DNA of 30,522 nt, from IMG/VR virus record IMGVR_UViG_3300032216_002044, positions 1-30,522 of that record; one strand, written 5' to 3'. A model generated the notes under the pieces. The model saw nothing but the letters and a program-made list of their open reading frames with translations, was not told the DNA's origin and searched no databases. The translations under genes and the position numbers were made by a program. The DNA is from a virus (Duplodnaviria; Caudoviricetes). This document shows positions 9,820 to 19,639 of the stretch, in pieces (the stretch's first letter is position 1; every line of letters starts with the position of its first letter).

Positions 9820-11713
9820 ATGAATAGGATACTTTAACGTAAGTGTTTGCTAAATCACCATCAAATGAATAGTATTTCAAAAATGCTGTTGTTGTACCAG
9901 ATAAAACAAATGTGGTTGCTCCAACGGAAGAATTGTTGGCTAGACAACCATGAGTAATAGTTCTATTTGAACCACCCCCTGTATATGGATTAGTTAAAAT
10001 AACATCAACTTCATTACCAGTAGCAAAATTTGAAACCGTTATTGCGAGTGAAGCACCAACGTTTGCTCTCACCCATGTATCTGTTGTCATACTAATTGTA
10101 ATGGCTGTCTGTGTGCTAGGGTATGTTCTTGAAGCATAAATGATGCCGTTAGCAGCATAGAGTGTACTTGAAATGTTTAATTGTCCAATTGCTTCATTGA
10201 TGAATAATGTATTACTTGCTTGTATTAAATTATTGTTAGCAAATAATATAGCACCATTTGGTTTACCATATGCTTGTTGGTTAGCGATTGAAACTTGTAA
10301 TTTACCATTGGCAGAACCATTTGAAAGAATCTTAGCAACAGAAACAACTGAGTTTGCACCAGTTGGAGCCACATTGGTTGCTTGGCCTGGAGTTGTTGAC
10401 AAGTATAATAATTGTCCGTTATTACCAAAAGTAGAAGCATCGAAGTCTGATACGATACCTCTAGTGTATACAAAACCATAAGCACCAGCAGCAATACTAT
10501 TTTTAACGAAGCCTTCTACTTGTGAATTGGCAGCAGAACCTGCATCCGCTAATTGAATAAAAGGTACAGCATTAGCCGTAACACCGCCTGCTAATTTTAC
10601 CCATGAACTATTAGGAATAGATGAACCTGTATTGTTATACACTCTTTCAAAAAGCACTTTAGAGATTGCAGGTCTATCACCAGCCACATCAGTATCTTGA
10701 ACTAAAGAAATAGTATTTGCAGAATACCATACTTGTCCAGGCACCTGAGTTGGTGAATTTGATTGTGCAAACCAAAGTATTGAATTTGCCTGTGATGTTC
10801 CTGTTACCACATTTGAAAAGAATACATTACCTAATAAAGTGTTAGCGGTTAGATTACCTAAAACAACCATATTTTTAGAGAATGTTGCATTATTAGAAGT
10901 AATATTATCAAATGAAACTGTTGTACCTAATGTATTTGCAATCATATTACCAGTAATATTTAAATTTCTTACTGATATAGTCGTAGTATTTTGTAGGGCA
11001 GTATTAGCAATTGAGTTTGCTAAGTTTGCTTGATTGTATGCAGCCGTGATTAATGTAGAATTTGTATTTGACAATGCAAAAGCAGCTTGTGAATAGGCAT
11101 TAGAAGCAGCCGCAGTAGATTGTGTAGTTCCGTCACCAAAAGTAATGTACGATTGTGTATTCATTACTAAACTATTTGATGTCATTTTAGCAACTATATT
11201 GGCTGCTGAACCACCACCAACAATGAACTTCAATGCTGTATTTGATGTTGTTGTACCAATAATTAAGTTACCGCCAGGTGTTGTACCTGTACTACCTTGA
11301 ACATACACATAACCATCTAATGGATTAACAGCATTACCAATATTATTATATGCTATACCAGCCTGATAGTTTTTATTGGCTAAACCAGCATCAAAGAAGT
11401 ATGTCGAATCTGTACCTGTATTGGCAGTAACTACAATATCAAACGTACCATTATCATTATAATTCACCATATTCATTTGAACATATGAATTACCACTTGA
11501 AGCAAACTGTGAAACAGTATTTGGTAAAGGATTTAAATTCTGACCAACAATCAAAGCATTATTAGAATATAACCCAGCTGCTAAAGTTGTAACGGTCATT
11601 TTACCAGTAGTTGGTGATGATGTTGAAGTATCTACACCAACAAACAAAGTATTTGCTGTATTAGCATTAATCTGTGTTATTAAAGGTAATTGTGATATTT
11701 TTACGCTTGACAT
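9818..11713 (-). CDS. Fibre-like/virion structural protein inserted between gp7 and gp8
   Basis: 631 aa; MSSVKISQLP start, ITFGDGTTQSTAA fibre motif, short Ala/Asn helical segment, Gly/Asn/Thr-rich beta regions. Confidence 0.65.
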   Translation of the reverse strand: MSSVKISQLPLITQINANTANTLFVGVDTSTSSPTTGKMTVTTLAAGLYSNNALIVGQNLNPLPNTVSQFASSGNSYVQMNMVNYNDNGTFDIVVTANTGTDSTYFFDAGLANKNYQAGIAYNNIGNAVNPLDGYVYVQGSTGTTPGGNLIIGTTTSNTALKFIVGGGSAANIVAKMTSNSLVMNTQSYITFGDGTTQSTAAASNAYSQAAFALSNTNSTLITAAYNQANLANSIANTALQNTTTISVRNLNITGNMIANTLGTTVSFDNITSNNATFSKNMVVLGNLTANTLLGNVFFSNVVTGTSQANSILWFAQSNSPTQVPGQVWYSANTISLVQDTDVAGDRPAISKVLFERVYNNTGSSIPNSSWVKLAGGVTANAVPFIQLADAGSAANSQVEGFVKNSIAAGAYGFVYTRGIVSDFDASTFGNNGQLLYLSTTPGQATNVAPTGANSVVSVAKILSNGSANGKLQVSIANQQAYGKPNGAILFANNNLIQASNTLFINEAIGQLNISSTLYAANGIIYASRTYPSTQTAITISMTTDTWVRANVGASLAITVSNFATGNEVDVILTNPYTGGGSNRTITHGCLANNSSVGATTFVLSGTTTAFLKYYSFDGDLANTYVKVSYS

Positions 11714-11721
11714 TTTATGCC

Positions 11722-14700
11722 CTAATTAATTGATAATGTGTATGAATCTTCTGTTACCAAATAATCTCCATTTTCTAACGCTAATAGAGATTCGTATTGT
11801 TGTCCTAGTGGTCCAAATAACTGAACATTTGGAGTATTGGCGGTCATAACCCTATTTAAACTTATATTTCCAGATGAAGCATAAGTGAAAGCACTATTTA
11901 CTGTAATTATATTATTAATATAATCAACAGAAGTAACCAGTTTTACTACGTTATTCAGTTTAACATAATCACCAATGTGAATCATATCCGCCAATGGATT
12001 TGAATTCAGGTATACTCCATTATTAAATACATTAAATGATGAAGTATATACATTTGATATATTTATCTGATTTCCGCCGGCAGATATAGAACCATTGGCC
12101 ACATTGGCAAAAGTTAACCAGACATTATTTCTTAGAACAACTTTATTATTGGCATAATCAACTTTATTAACTTCTGAATATACTTGTTCACCGTTATTAT
12201 TAACAAACCGAATCGTAGTATTTGAGAATATAACATTTGCTAAATTGGTACCAACACCTATATTAGTAAATGTTATTACATTGGAACTTAACTGTGAAAA
12301 ATCTCCACCTGAACCAACCAATAAATTTGCATTATTTGTTTTGATACTATCATATAAAGGATATCCAGTATATAAAGAATTGACCATGGAGATACTAAAA
12401 GAACTATTGGATTTCATAGCAAATCTACCAATAACTTTCATACCAGTAGGATGCAATAGTTTTAATAAAGCATTACGATACTTAGCAATCTCTTTTTCTA
12501 ATGTAATTTGGTAAGTATAGTTATTAAAATTCTGACTTTGCAATACATCAAATGAACTAGGTTGACCAGATGAATCTAAGTATTGACCTTGGCCTATCGT
12601 TAAACCATTTAAGAATGAAACATTACCTTGAGCTCTACCATCACCATAAGTAATTACACCATTTGCATAGTTAAGTAAACTATAATATGGTAAATTAATT
12701 AATGTACTCTGATATGAATTGGTAATGTTTGCCGAATATGTTTTATTATTACCTTTGATTGGCCAAACAGGACTATTAATAGAAACACCAGATGTATTAG
12801 GTGAAGAACTGTAATTATAAGTTCTTAATACGTATATATCTTTTGTTGGGTCAATATCACTAACCAAAGGTCCAGCCAAAGAATCAACCATTGCTGAGTA
12901 TATGTAATTTGTTGCTGACGTACCTTGGTAAATCATATCACCTTTGGCCGGTTTATTGTTTAAACCTACACCTGTAATGTAAATATCTTGTACGGCAAAA
13001 GAAACATAAGCGGCTGCATTATAATCTTCTCCGTAATCGGAAACATTAATTGTTGTGATAGCACCAACACGGTCTGTATCAACATCAAACTTGGCACCTT
13101 GGCCAAGAATACCAACGATTGACAATTTAGCACCTGAACCACCAGAACTACTAACAGTTAATGTTGGTAATCCTGTTATCGTATAACCTAAACCACCTAA
13201 TGGTATTGGATTTTTATTTGTTGTTGAATAAACATAAGCAACATTTGTAATTCCACCGGCAGTATTTACTGATATTACATTTGCATAAGCACCATTACCA
13301 GTACCACCAGTAATGTTTATCTTATCATTGACGGCATATCCTAAACCTCCATTATCGATACTGATTGGGCCTAGAATACCTAAATTACCTAAGTCACCTG
13401 TACCTAGTCCGTCAATTGTATTATAAAGAGATTGTGCTGATATCTTTAAAGATTTAGCACTTGGAATTCCACCACCTTGATTATTAATCGTAACAGTTGA
13501 TATAGGATAGGCAGTAAAATTAATAAATGATAGTGCATTCGCTAGTGTGGTTGTGGCATTAGATATGGCTATGTTAGCAAACGACCAATTTACACCAGAA
13601 TTTGATATATAACTACTTGCATTAGCAAACGCTAGATTTAAAGAAGTGCCTATACGTGGACTATAACCATGACTTGGGTCAAAAAGGTATTGAGCGTTTG
13701 CTGCTGATGGAAAATTTAATGTTTTAGAACCAATCCTATCTACAGGAATATTAGTAACAGTAGAAACAGGATTATAAAAAGAATTACCAACAGTAACGTG
13801 TGTTGCATTATTAACAGTAGAAATATTGGCACTTGCACCGCCACCACCAATAATATTAATAATAGAATAAGCACTCTGAGTACTATCTTCAGGAGTATAA
13901 CCAAAACCACCAACTAGAACACGGGTATTTGAAATTATTGTATTAGCAACCTGAATATTTTTAATAGAACCTTTTTCTGCTGTACCAACGGTTGCAGATG
14001 CTCCGTGACCTAGAATTGGATCGGTTAAGCCACCATAAACAACAACAGGGTCACCAGGATATTGTAGTTGTGTATTAGCACCTCGATAGTTTTGACCTCT
14101 TAGATTAGGATTTATTTTAATCTGACTAATCTGACCAACAATTTTGGCTCTAAGTGGTTGACCATTAAACAATACATCTTGATTAAAATTATCCACAACA
14201 CGAACATACTCACCAGATTGGAATAATCTCTCAATATTTGATATGAATACTTCAATTTTATTTTGAGATAATACAGAATTCTCAATCGTGGCAATTGATT
14301 TGGTAGTTTCACCAAAGATTCTTAGGTTATTTGTATTGAGGAAATTTAAATCTGATGTAGATAATTTTAAACTTTTAGAAACATACCATTTACCAGCAGA
14401 TGCTTTTAATACAGCATCTTTAGTATAAAAGAAATCTACATCAGTATTGTATAGTGTTCTAAAGAAAAATTGAAATGATGCTGGTGTACCTTTTGCTTGG
14501 TACATTTGTTTAGCAACTTTTAATACTTCATTTTTATCCGCTAATATTTCTGTAGGAAAATACTGTAAGAAATCATTATAAAAATATTGAACAAACTCAT
14601 CGGTTGTGGCATCAACATCTTTATAGTTTAATAAATTTTTAGAACGGTCAGTAACATTACCTGTTTCTTCTAACCATTCATAATATGCTTGTAGAAACAA

Positions 14701-14790
14701 TACAAAATTAGAATAGTCAGGATTATCCCGAATAAATTCAGGTAATTGGTAAGGTACTAATAGTGAGGTTTTTTGACCGCTAGTTATCAT
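11722..14790 (-). CDS. gp7: Baseplate wedge initiator gp7-like
   Basis: N-terminal QLPEFIR...FVLFLQAYYEWLE, YQAKGTPASFQFFFRTLY, C-terminal YNNYTY-like segment and LLHPTGMKVIG; 4-nt overlap with the gp6 stop. Confidence 0.78.
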   Translation of the reverse strand: MITSGQKTSLLVPYQLPEFIRDNPDYSNFVLFLQAYYEWLEETGNVTDRSKNLLNYKDVDATTDEFVQYFYNDFLQYFPTEILADKNEVLKVAKQMYQAKGTPASFQFFFRTLYNTDVDFFYTKDAVLKASAGKWYVSKSLKLSTSDLNFLNTNNLRIFGETTKSIATIENSVLSQNKIEVFISNIERLFQSGEYVRVVDNFNQDVLFNGQPLRAKIVGQISQIKINPNLRGQNYRGANTQLQYPGDPVVVYGGLTDPILGHGASATVGTAEKGSIKNIQVANTIISNTRVLVGGFGYTPEDSTQSAYSIINIIGGGGASANISTVNNATHVTVGNSFYNPVSTVTNIPVDRIGSKTLNFPSAANAQYLFDPSHGYSPRIGTSLNLAFANASSYISNSGVNWSFANIAISNATTTLANALSFINFTAYPISTVTINNQGGGIPSAKSLKISAQSLYNTIDGLGTGDLGNLGILGPISIDNGGLGYAVNDKINITGGTGNGAYANVISVNTAGGITNVAYVYSTTNKNPIPLGGLGYTITGLPTLTVSSSGGSGAKLSIVGILGQGAKFDVDTDRVGAITTINVSDYGEDYNAAAYVSFAVQDIYITGVGLNNKPAKGDMIYQGTSATNYIYSAMVDSLAGPLVSDIDPTKDIYVLRTYNYSSSPNTSGVSINSPVWPIKGNNKTYSANITNSYQSTLINLPYYSLLNYANGVITYGDGRAQGNVSFLNGLTIGQGQYLDSSGQPSSFDVLQSQNFNNYTYQITLEKEIAKYRNALLKLLHPTGMKVIGRFAMKSNSSFSISMVNSLYTGYPLYDSIKTNNANLLVGSGGDFSQLSSNVITFTNIGVGTNLANVIFSNTTIRFVNNNGEQVYSEVNKVDYANNKVVLRNNVWLTFANVANGSISAGGNQINISNVYTSSFNVFNNGVYLNSNPLADMIHIGDYVKLNNVVKLVTSVDYINNIITVNSAFTYASSGNISLNRVMTANTPNVQLFGPLGQQYESLLALENGDYLVTEDSYTLSIN

Positions 14791-16865
14791 GACGTTGTTT
14801 TAGCCGTAACATTAACATTGACAGCAGTAGAATCGTAAGGGTCAATAGTAATAATTCTATCGTATGTTGAAGAAACAATATCTGTGGTTGGTGTTACTGA
14901 TATTGCTAATTGACCTAAATCACTATCTACATTGTATGGATTAAAATTATTTAATGTAATAATACCATTATAATAATCTATTGTACCAATATTTGAATTT
15001 AAAATTGTTTTTACATTAGTAGTATTATTATAATATGTTCTTAAAGTTCCATAACGACCTTTTAAATTCACAATAGCAGCACCTAATTTACCTGTATCAC
15101 CGGTAGTTGGAGTAATAGTAACAATAGCTTGAGTATAATTATTACCAGAATTAGTTACAGTAATACTTTGTATGGATCCATTGACAACTGTTGCTGTAGC
15201 GGTTGCGCCAGTACCATCACCTAGAATAGTAACTGTAGGTACTGATTTATATCCGTAACCTGGATTTATAACTGAAATAGTGTCAATACCATAAGTTGAT
15301 GAAGGCACTTCTTCAATATACACACCATCAATTATATTATTTAAATTGGTTGGATCCAAGAACTGCATTGCAGGTGAACTTGTAATACCACTACCAAATT
15401 TACCTTGTTGTATCGGTGTATTATAATATAAACTTAAAGTAGAACTTGCACCTATTACAGGGAAAAACTTCTTCTGTAATTTTAAAGTAAACTCGCTTGA
15501 TATGATTGAACTGTTATAATTATTGATAGCGGACAATACATCATACGAACTAAATGTTGAATTAAATGTATTTAAGTTAGTTGTTCCGTAATTTCTAATT
15601 GCTGTAGATATACCAGTTTGTAGTTGATTAGATGATAATGTTGTCTGTGTTGGGTCATAATACACATTGGCATCAATTTGTAGATAGGTATAATCTGGAT
15701 CCAAAATGGTTGGTGTAACAGTCAATACTGAAATTGGTTTAATAACTTCTGAAATTAATCTTTGTTTTTGTGTTTCGGTTAAAGCATAACCACCTGCAGG
15801 TTTAATAGCAACAAACACCTGACCATATACAGGAGGATTATTTTCTTCACCACCCCATACTGAAACAGCATCAACAGGAAAACCTAAACTGTTCTGTTGA
15901 ATGGCAGTAATGTAATCGTTTTTGGTTACTGCACGACCTTGAGCTGCATATGTTTTTGGTGCTTGAAATTTAATCGAGTCAATCGATTCTTTGGCTGAAC
16001 CACCAGTTGCAGAAGAAACTGGAAGAACAGAAACATTTGAATAACCTGAAACAGTATTCATCAAAACAAAATTGTTAGCACCATACGCTGATGTTCCTTG
16101 AGTTACAACATAAGATATGTTAACAATATTACCATCAGATAATTTTTTACCTAAAACACCATTACCAAAATAAACTTCGTAAGTTCCTGTTAAACTTTCC
16201 TGTAAAAAATATACAGTAGATGAATTATTTAAAGTAAGATAATTACTAGCCAATGAATATACTTGACTTGAGGTATTTGAACCAGATTGTTGTACAGATA
16301 CAACCAATGTTGAAGTATCTACTCCAGTTTCAGGTATCTCAAAAGTATAAGTTGGATTCGTAATAGAGTTTACAGTAAAAGATAAAGAAGAAGCAATACC
16401 TTGTTTAATTGTAACATTAGAAAATGAAGCTGTACCACCAGAAACATTTTTAGTTTGACTATCGGTTGTAACAAAGTTGTAGTTTACACCATCAATTGCT
16501 TCCGACATAAAAGTTGTGTATGCAGGTAATGTCAAAGAAGAACCACTAACACCATGAACATTTAAATTGATAACTGCTGTAGGTGCAACTGCAGATTTTG
16601 GTACATAATTTAATGTTTTAGCTTGAGAAACAACAGAAGAACGCAATAAAGCTGAATCTAAAAACATCTCATTTGCAACCATATTTAAATAATATGAGTT
16701 GTATTGTGTATTATAAGCAAGAATATCCAATAAAGTTGAAATTGCTGAACCTTCATAATTATAATCTTTTAATACATCTTGACTTTGCAAAAATGTTTTT
16801 AGATTATTTTTAATAGTATTAAAGTCTAAGTCGGTGACTTGAATGTTAGAGTTAGCGCCTGCCAT
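14787..16865 (-). CDS. gp6: Baseplate wedge subunit gp6
   Basis: LDFNTIKNNLKTFL, DYNYEGS...LLDILAYNT, NEMFLDSA, YEVYFGNGVLG, AQGRAVT..DY, VWGGEE...YGQVF motifs. Confidence 0.95.
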   Translation of the reverse strand: MAGANSNIQVTDLDFNTIKNNLKTFLQSQDVLKDYNYEGSAISTLLDILAYNTQYNSYYLNMVANEMFLDSALLRSSVVSQAKTLNYVPKSAVAPTAVINLNVHGVSGSSLTLPAYTTFMSEAIDGVNYNFVTTDSQTKNVSGGTASFSNVTIKQGIASSLSFTVNSITNPTYTFEIPETGVDTSTLVVSVQQSGSNTSSQVYSLASNYLTLNNSSTVYFLQESLTGTYEVYFGNGVLGKKLSDGNIVNISYVVTQGTSAYGANNFVLMNTVSGYSNVSVLPVSSATGGSAKESIDSIKFQAPKTYAAQGRAVTKNDYITAIQQNSLGFPVDAVSVWGGEENNPPVYGQVFVAIKPAGGYALTETQKQRLISEVIKPISVLTVTPTILDPDYTYLQIDANVYYDPTQTTLSSNQLQTGISTAIRNYGTTNLNTFNSTFSSYDVLSAINNYNSSIISSEFTLKLQKKFFPVIGASSTLSLYYNTPIQQGKFGSGITSSPAMQFLDPTNLNNIIDGVYIEEVPSSTYGIDTISVINPGYGYKSVPTVTILGDGTGATATATVVNGSIQSITVTNSGNNYTQAIVTITPTTGDTGKLGAAIVNLKGRYGTLRTYYNNTTNVKTILNSNIGTIDYYNGIITLNNFNPYNVDSDLGQLAISVTPTTDIVSSTYDRIITIDPYDSTAVNVNVTAKTTS

Positions 16866-16866
16866 C

Positions 16867-17259
16867 TTATCTATTTCTCTCTAAAAGAAGCGTTACTGTT
16901 GTAGGTAGTGTAGCATTTTGTATATAAAAAGTAAGTGAAACACTATAAGAATTATAATCAGGTTGTGGACTTATATTCACGGTTTGTAATAATGCTCTAG
17001 GTTCATAATTACTAATAGTAGCCCGTATTTCATCTTCTAAGGCACCAGCTGACAAAGGTGATATTGGCTCAAATAGTATATTATCTATATTGGCACCTAA
17101 ATCTGGATTAAAAGGTCTTTCATAGTGTTTGGTTGAAAGTAGGTTACGAATTGACCTGATAACTGCTTGAGAATCATAACTGAGAGCAACATCTGCCGTT
17201 ACGGGTTTCTTCGTAAACGTGAAATCTATATCCGAATATATTTTCTGTAAGGTTGCCAT
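16867..17259 (-). CDS. gp25: Baseplate wedge subunit gp25
   Basis: 130 aa; YSDIDFTF, SIRNLLST...ERPFNPDLG, LFEP, NYEPR motifs; upstream of gp6. Confidence 0.95.
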   Translation of the reverse strand: MATLQKIYSDIDFTFTKKPVTADVALSYDSQAVIRSIRNLLSTKHYERPFNPDLGANIDNILFEPISPLSAGALEDEIRATISNYEPRALLQTVNISPQPDYNSYSVSLTFYIQNATLPTTVTLLLERNR

Positions 17260-17263
17260 TCTT

Positions 17264-17271
17264 TATTTATT
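17264..17271 (-). promoter_or_regulatory. T4-type late promoter (AATAAATA) upstream of gp25
   Basis: Minus strand reads gtatAATAAATA-aaga-ATG. Confidence 0.65.
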
Positions 17272-17313
17272 ATACTTTTGTAGGAGTAAAATCGCTTTTT
17301 TGGTTCTTGGTCA

Positions 17314-17357
17314 GCGTCCGGAGAATTTTTAGGCCGGAACGCAAATTTTCGAAATTT
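17314..17357. other. GC-rich inverted repeat plus adjacent A/T-rich near-palindrome in the longest intergenic gap of the late block
   Basis: GCGTCCGG (17314-17321) pairs with CCGGAACGC (17334-17342, one bulge), followed by AAATTTTCGAAATTT; no U-tract follows in the sense (minus) direction. Confidence 0.55.
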
Positions 17358-18163
17358 TAGGAATTAATCTTGGATACTAAACTAGGAGTACCAATAAAAT
17401 TATTCACCAAATAACTTTGTGATTCTCCCATATTATTAAATTGTTTAAGTGTATTATAGTTATTAACCATATTTTTTAAATTGGTATAAAATGTTACATC
17501 TGATGACTTTCTGGTAGACATTAAAAGTGCAGCTGTATTTAAATCATTTTCAATTTTTGTATATTGTGCCAGCGTCAATGTGTCATTTTGAATACCAGTT
17601 TGATATGTTGTATAATCAGTAGAAATAATAACAGAGTTTTCATTTAATTGCGGTCCAATGAAAAGAGAAGTAAAACTTCCCATGATTGGTGATGTATTTG
17701 TTATTGCATCTGTTTGATTTGTAACATATAATGCTGTTTTGCCATATGATATTGCTTGTGAATAATATGGATTAACTGTATCAGTTCCATCAAAAGCAAC
17801 CAAATTCGACAATCTATTAGTATGCCACATAAAAGAATTTGCTGTGCTTGCTAATGAAATTGCAGTATTAATTAGTGTGTTGGAATTATCTGAACCTCCA
17901 GGAGAAGCCGAAATAATTGAATTTGCTGTGTTCCATATAGATGTAATAGCGTTGGCAACAGGATTTTGATACAGTCCTGATGTAGAAATAGCACCTGTAC
18001 CAGCACTAACAATCGCTTGTGCTTGCCATGTTGTTATAAAAGGAGGCATTGAATTTAAATGATTCTGTGCATCCGATGATAATGTTGATACATCACCATT
18101 AGGATCATTAAAATTATATCCTAAAGTTGCATACACTCCTGTTGCGTTATTTACTGTTGTCAT
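17357..18163 (-). CDS. Hypothetical protein between the gp5 spike ORF and gp25
   Basis: 268-aa ORF co-oriented with the operon, 3-nt gap to the upstream gene; no motif recognised. Confidence 0.8.
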   Translation of the reverse strand: MTTVNNATGVYATLGYNFNDPNGDVSTLSSDAQNHLNSMPPFITTWQAQAIVSAGTGAISTSGLYQNPVANAITSIWNTANSIISASPGGSDNSNTLINTAISLASTANSFMWHTNRLSNLVAFDGTDTVNPYYSQAISYGKTALYVTNQTDAITNTSPIMGSFTSLFIGPQLNENSVIISTDYTTYQTGIQNDTLTLAQYTKIENDLNTAALLMSTRKSSDVTFYTNLKNMVNNYNTLKQFNNMGESQSYLVNNFIGTPSLVSKINS

Positions 18164-18166
18164 AAT

Positions 18167-18943
18167 TTAAAGTCCAAAGAAAGGTCCTGGTGTTGGTGGA
18201 CCCGTTGGTCCTTTTGGTGATATATGTATATGTGAGTTGTATATAGCAGAATTAATCGTATCCGTCATTAATACAGCATCCATAATAGCAAAAGTACCTA
18301 AAGGTGCTTCAACTGATACCAAAGAAGTAATTGGACCTTCCGAGAAAACACCAGCAATACCAGCATATAAACCAGTTCCTGCATTAACTCTCGATTCAGT
18401 AGATAAACTATCAGCAGAAATGGATCCACCAACTTGTAAGTCAGAAGCCAAATATAAATGGTCACCAGCAGATATTGTCATTGAACCAGTTTTACTAGAA
18501 TCGGATTGTAATCTCATTGTTGAATCGGAGATTAAAGTCATACCTCTAGAACCAGCCGCCCTACCAATCATATTACCTACAACTTGAAGGTTATAATCTC
18601 CTTCAATTTTTTCATTTTTATTGCCTAAAACGTGCATATTACAGTCACCTTCAATAGTGATGTTGCAAGTTCCTTTTATTTGAACATTTTTTCTTCCAGC
18701 AATAATTTCGTAACCATCACCATAGATTTTATGAACCTCATCGCCATTTGGGTGCATCTCTAAAAAATTACCAGATTTACCATGTTGTAATCTTACACGT
18801 TCTCGACCAGGTGTATCGTCTAATTGTAGAGAGTGACCACCTTCAGTTTGTGTCAAGTTAAGATAGGGGTAAACGGGAGGATTAGCAGTATTTGCTGCTG
18901 ATTCCGGTTCTGTCCATAAATTATCTGATGGAGAATCTGCCAT
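18167..18943 (-). CDS. gp5: gp5 C-terminal part: beta-helical baseplate spike with HxH tip
   Basis: YPY...TEGGH..LDDTPGRERVRLQH.SG.F.EMHPNG motif, VxG/IxG repeats (IKGTCNITIEGDCNMHVLGNKNEKIEGDYNLQVVGN), terminal NSHIHISPKGPTGPP. Confidence 0.85.
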   Translation of the reverse strand: MADSPSDNLWTEPESAANTANPPVYPYLNLTQTEGGHSLQLDDTPGRERVRLQHGKSGNFLEMHPNGDEVHKIYGDGYEIIAGRKNVQIKGTCNITIEGDCNMHVLGNKNEKIEGDYNLQVVGNMIGRAAGSRGMTLISDSTMRLQSDSSKTGSMTISAGDHLYLASDLQVGGSISADSLSTESRVNAGTGLYAGIAGVFSEGPITSLVSVEAPLGTFAIMDAVLMTDTINSAIYNSHIHISPKGPTGPPTPGPFFGL

Positions 18944-18944
18944 A

Positions 18945-19631
18945 TTAAGGACCTTTCTTCAATCCTGATACCAAATTTGGTACCGAAGAAGCTATTGTTG
19001 CAATACCTGCAGCGGTTGATGCCGCTTGTAAAGACATTGTTACAGTAGTTTTTAATGTTTGTGCAGTTGATTTTGCTGTTTTAATAATATCATCAAATTC
19101 ACTTGATTTTCCATCTCCACCAGTAATATCTGTAAATGCATTAGCAACTAATTCGTATAGATTTTTTAAACAATCTTGTAATAAGGCCAATAATTTAGCT
19201 GGCAAACTTAAAATATAAGCAATAATTTTTTTAATTTTAGCAATATAACCAATAACAATCGCTTCAAAATCTAAAATAGGTTGTATTACTTCTTCATTTA
19301 AATATTTTAAACCTCTTTGTATAGATTGTAAAGAGTCTTTAATCCATTGATATTGACCAGTACTATCTGAAAATCCTAATAATTTCATTATTTTACGAAC
19401 TGCTTCACGAATGTTATTTGCTTGCGAATTTATAAATCGTTTTAATTGATTATCTTTAATCAACTCAGATGAAAAATCACAAACGTGAGCTAAATCATTA
19501 TTGGCAAAATCAACTGCAGTATTTGCAACCTGACTAATTGCCATACTCCAAGTCGTTGGTAAACCAGGTTTTAATTGGTCTCCAGTATTTTTTGCAGCTA
19601 AGTTATCATTTGCTGTTATTGGCGCAGTCAT
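18945..19631 (-). CDS. Hypothetical alpha-helical protein between the two gp5 parts
   Basis: 228 aa, own SD (AGGA) upstream, amphipathic/hydrophobic helices (IVIGYIAKIKKIIAYILSLPAKLLALL). Confidence 0.8.
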   Translation of the reverse strand: MTAPITANDNLAAKNTGDQLKPGLPTTWSMAISQVANTAVDFANNDLAHVCDFSSELIKDNQLKRFINSQANNIREAVRKIMKLLGFSDSTGQYQWIKDSLQSIQRGLKYLNEEVIQPILDFEAIVIGYIAKIKKIIAYILSLPAKLLALLQDCLKNLYELVANAFTDITGGDGKSSEFDDIIKTAKSTAQTLKTTVTMSLQAASTAAGIATIASSVPNLVSGLKKGP

Positions 19632-19639
19632 TTTTATTC

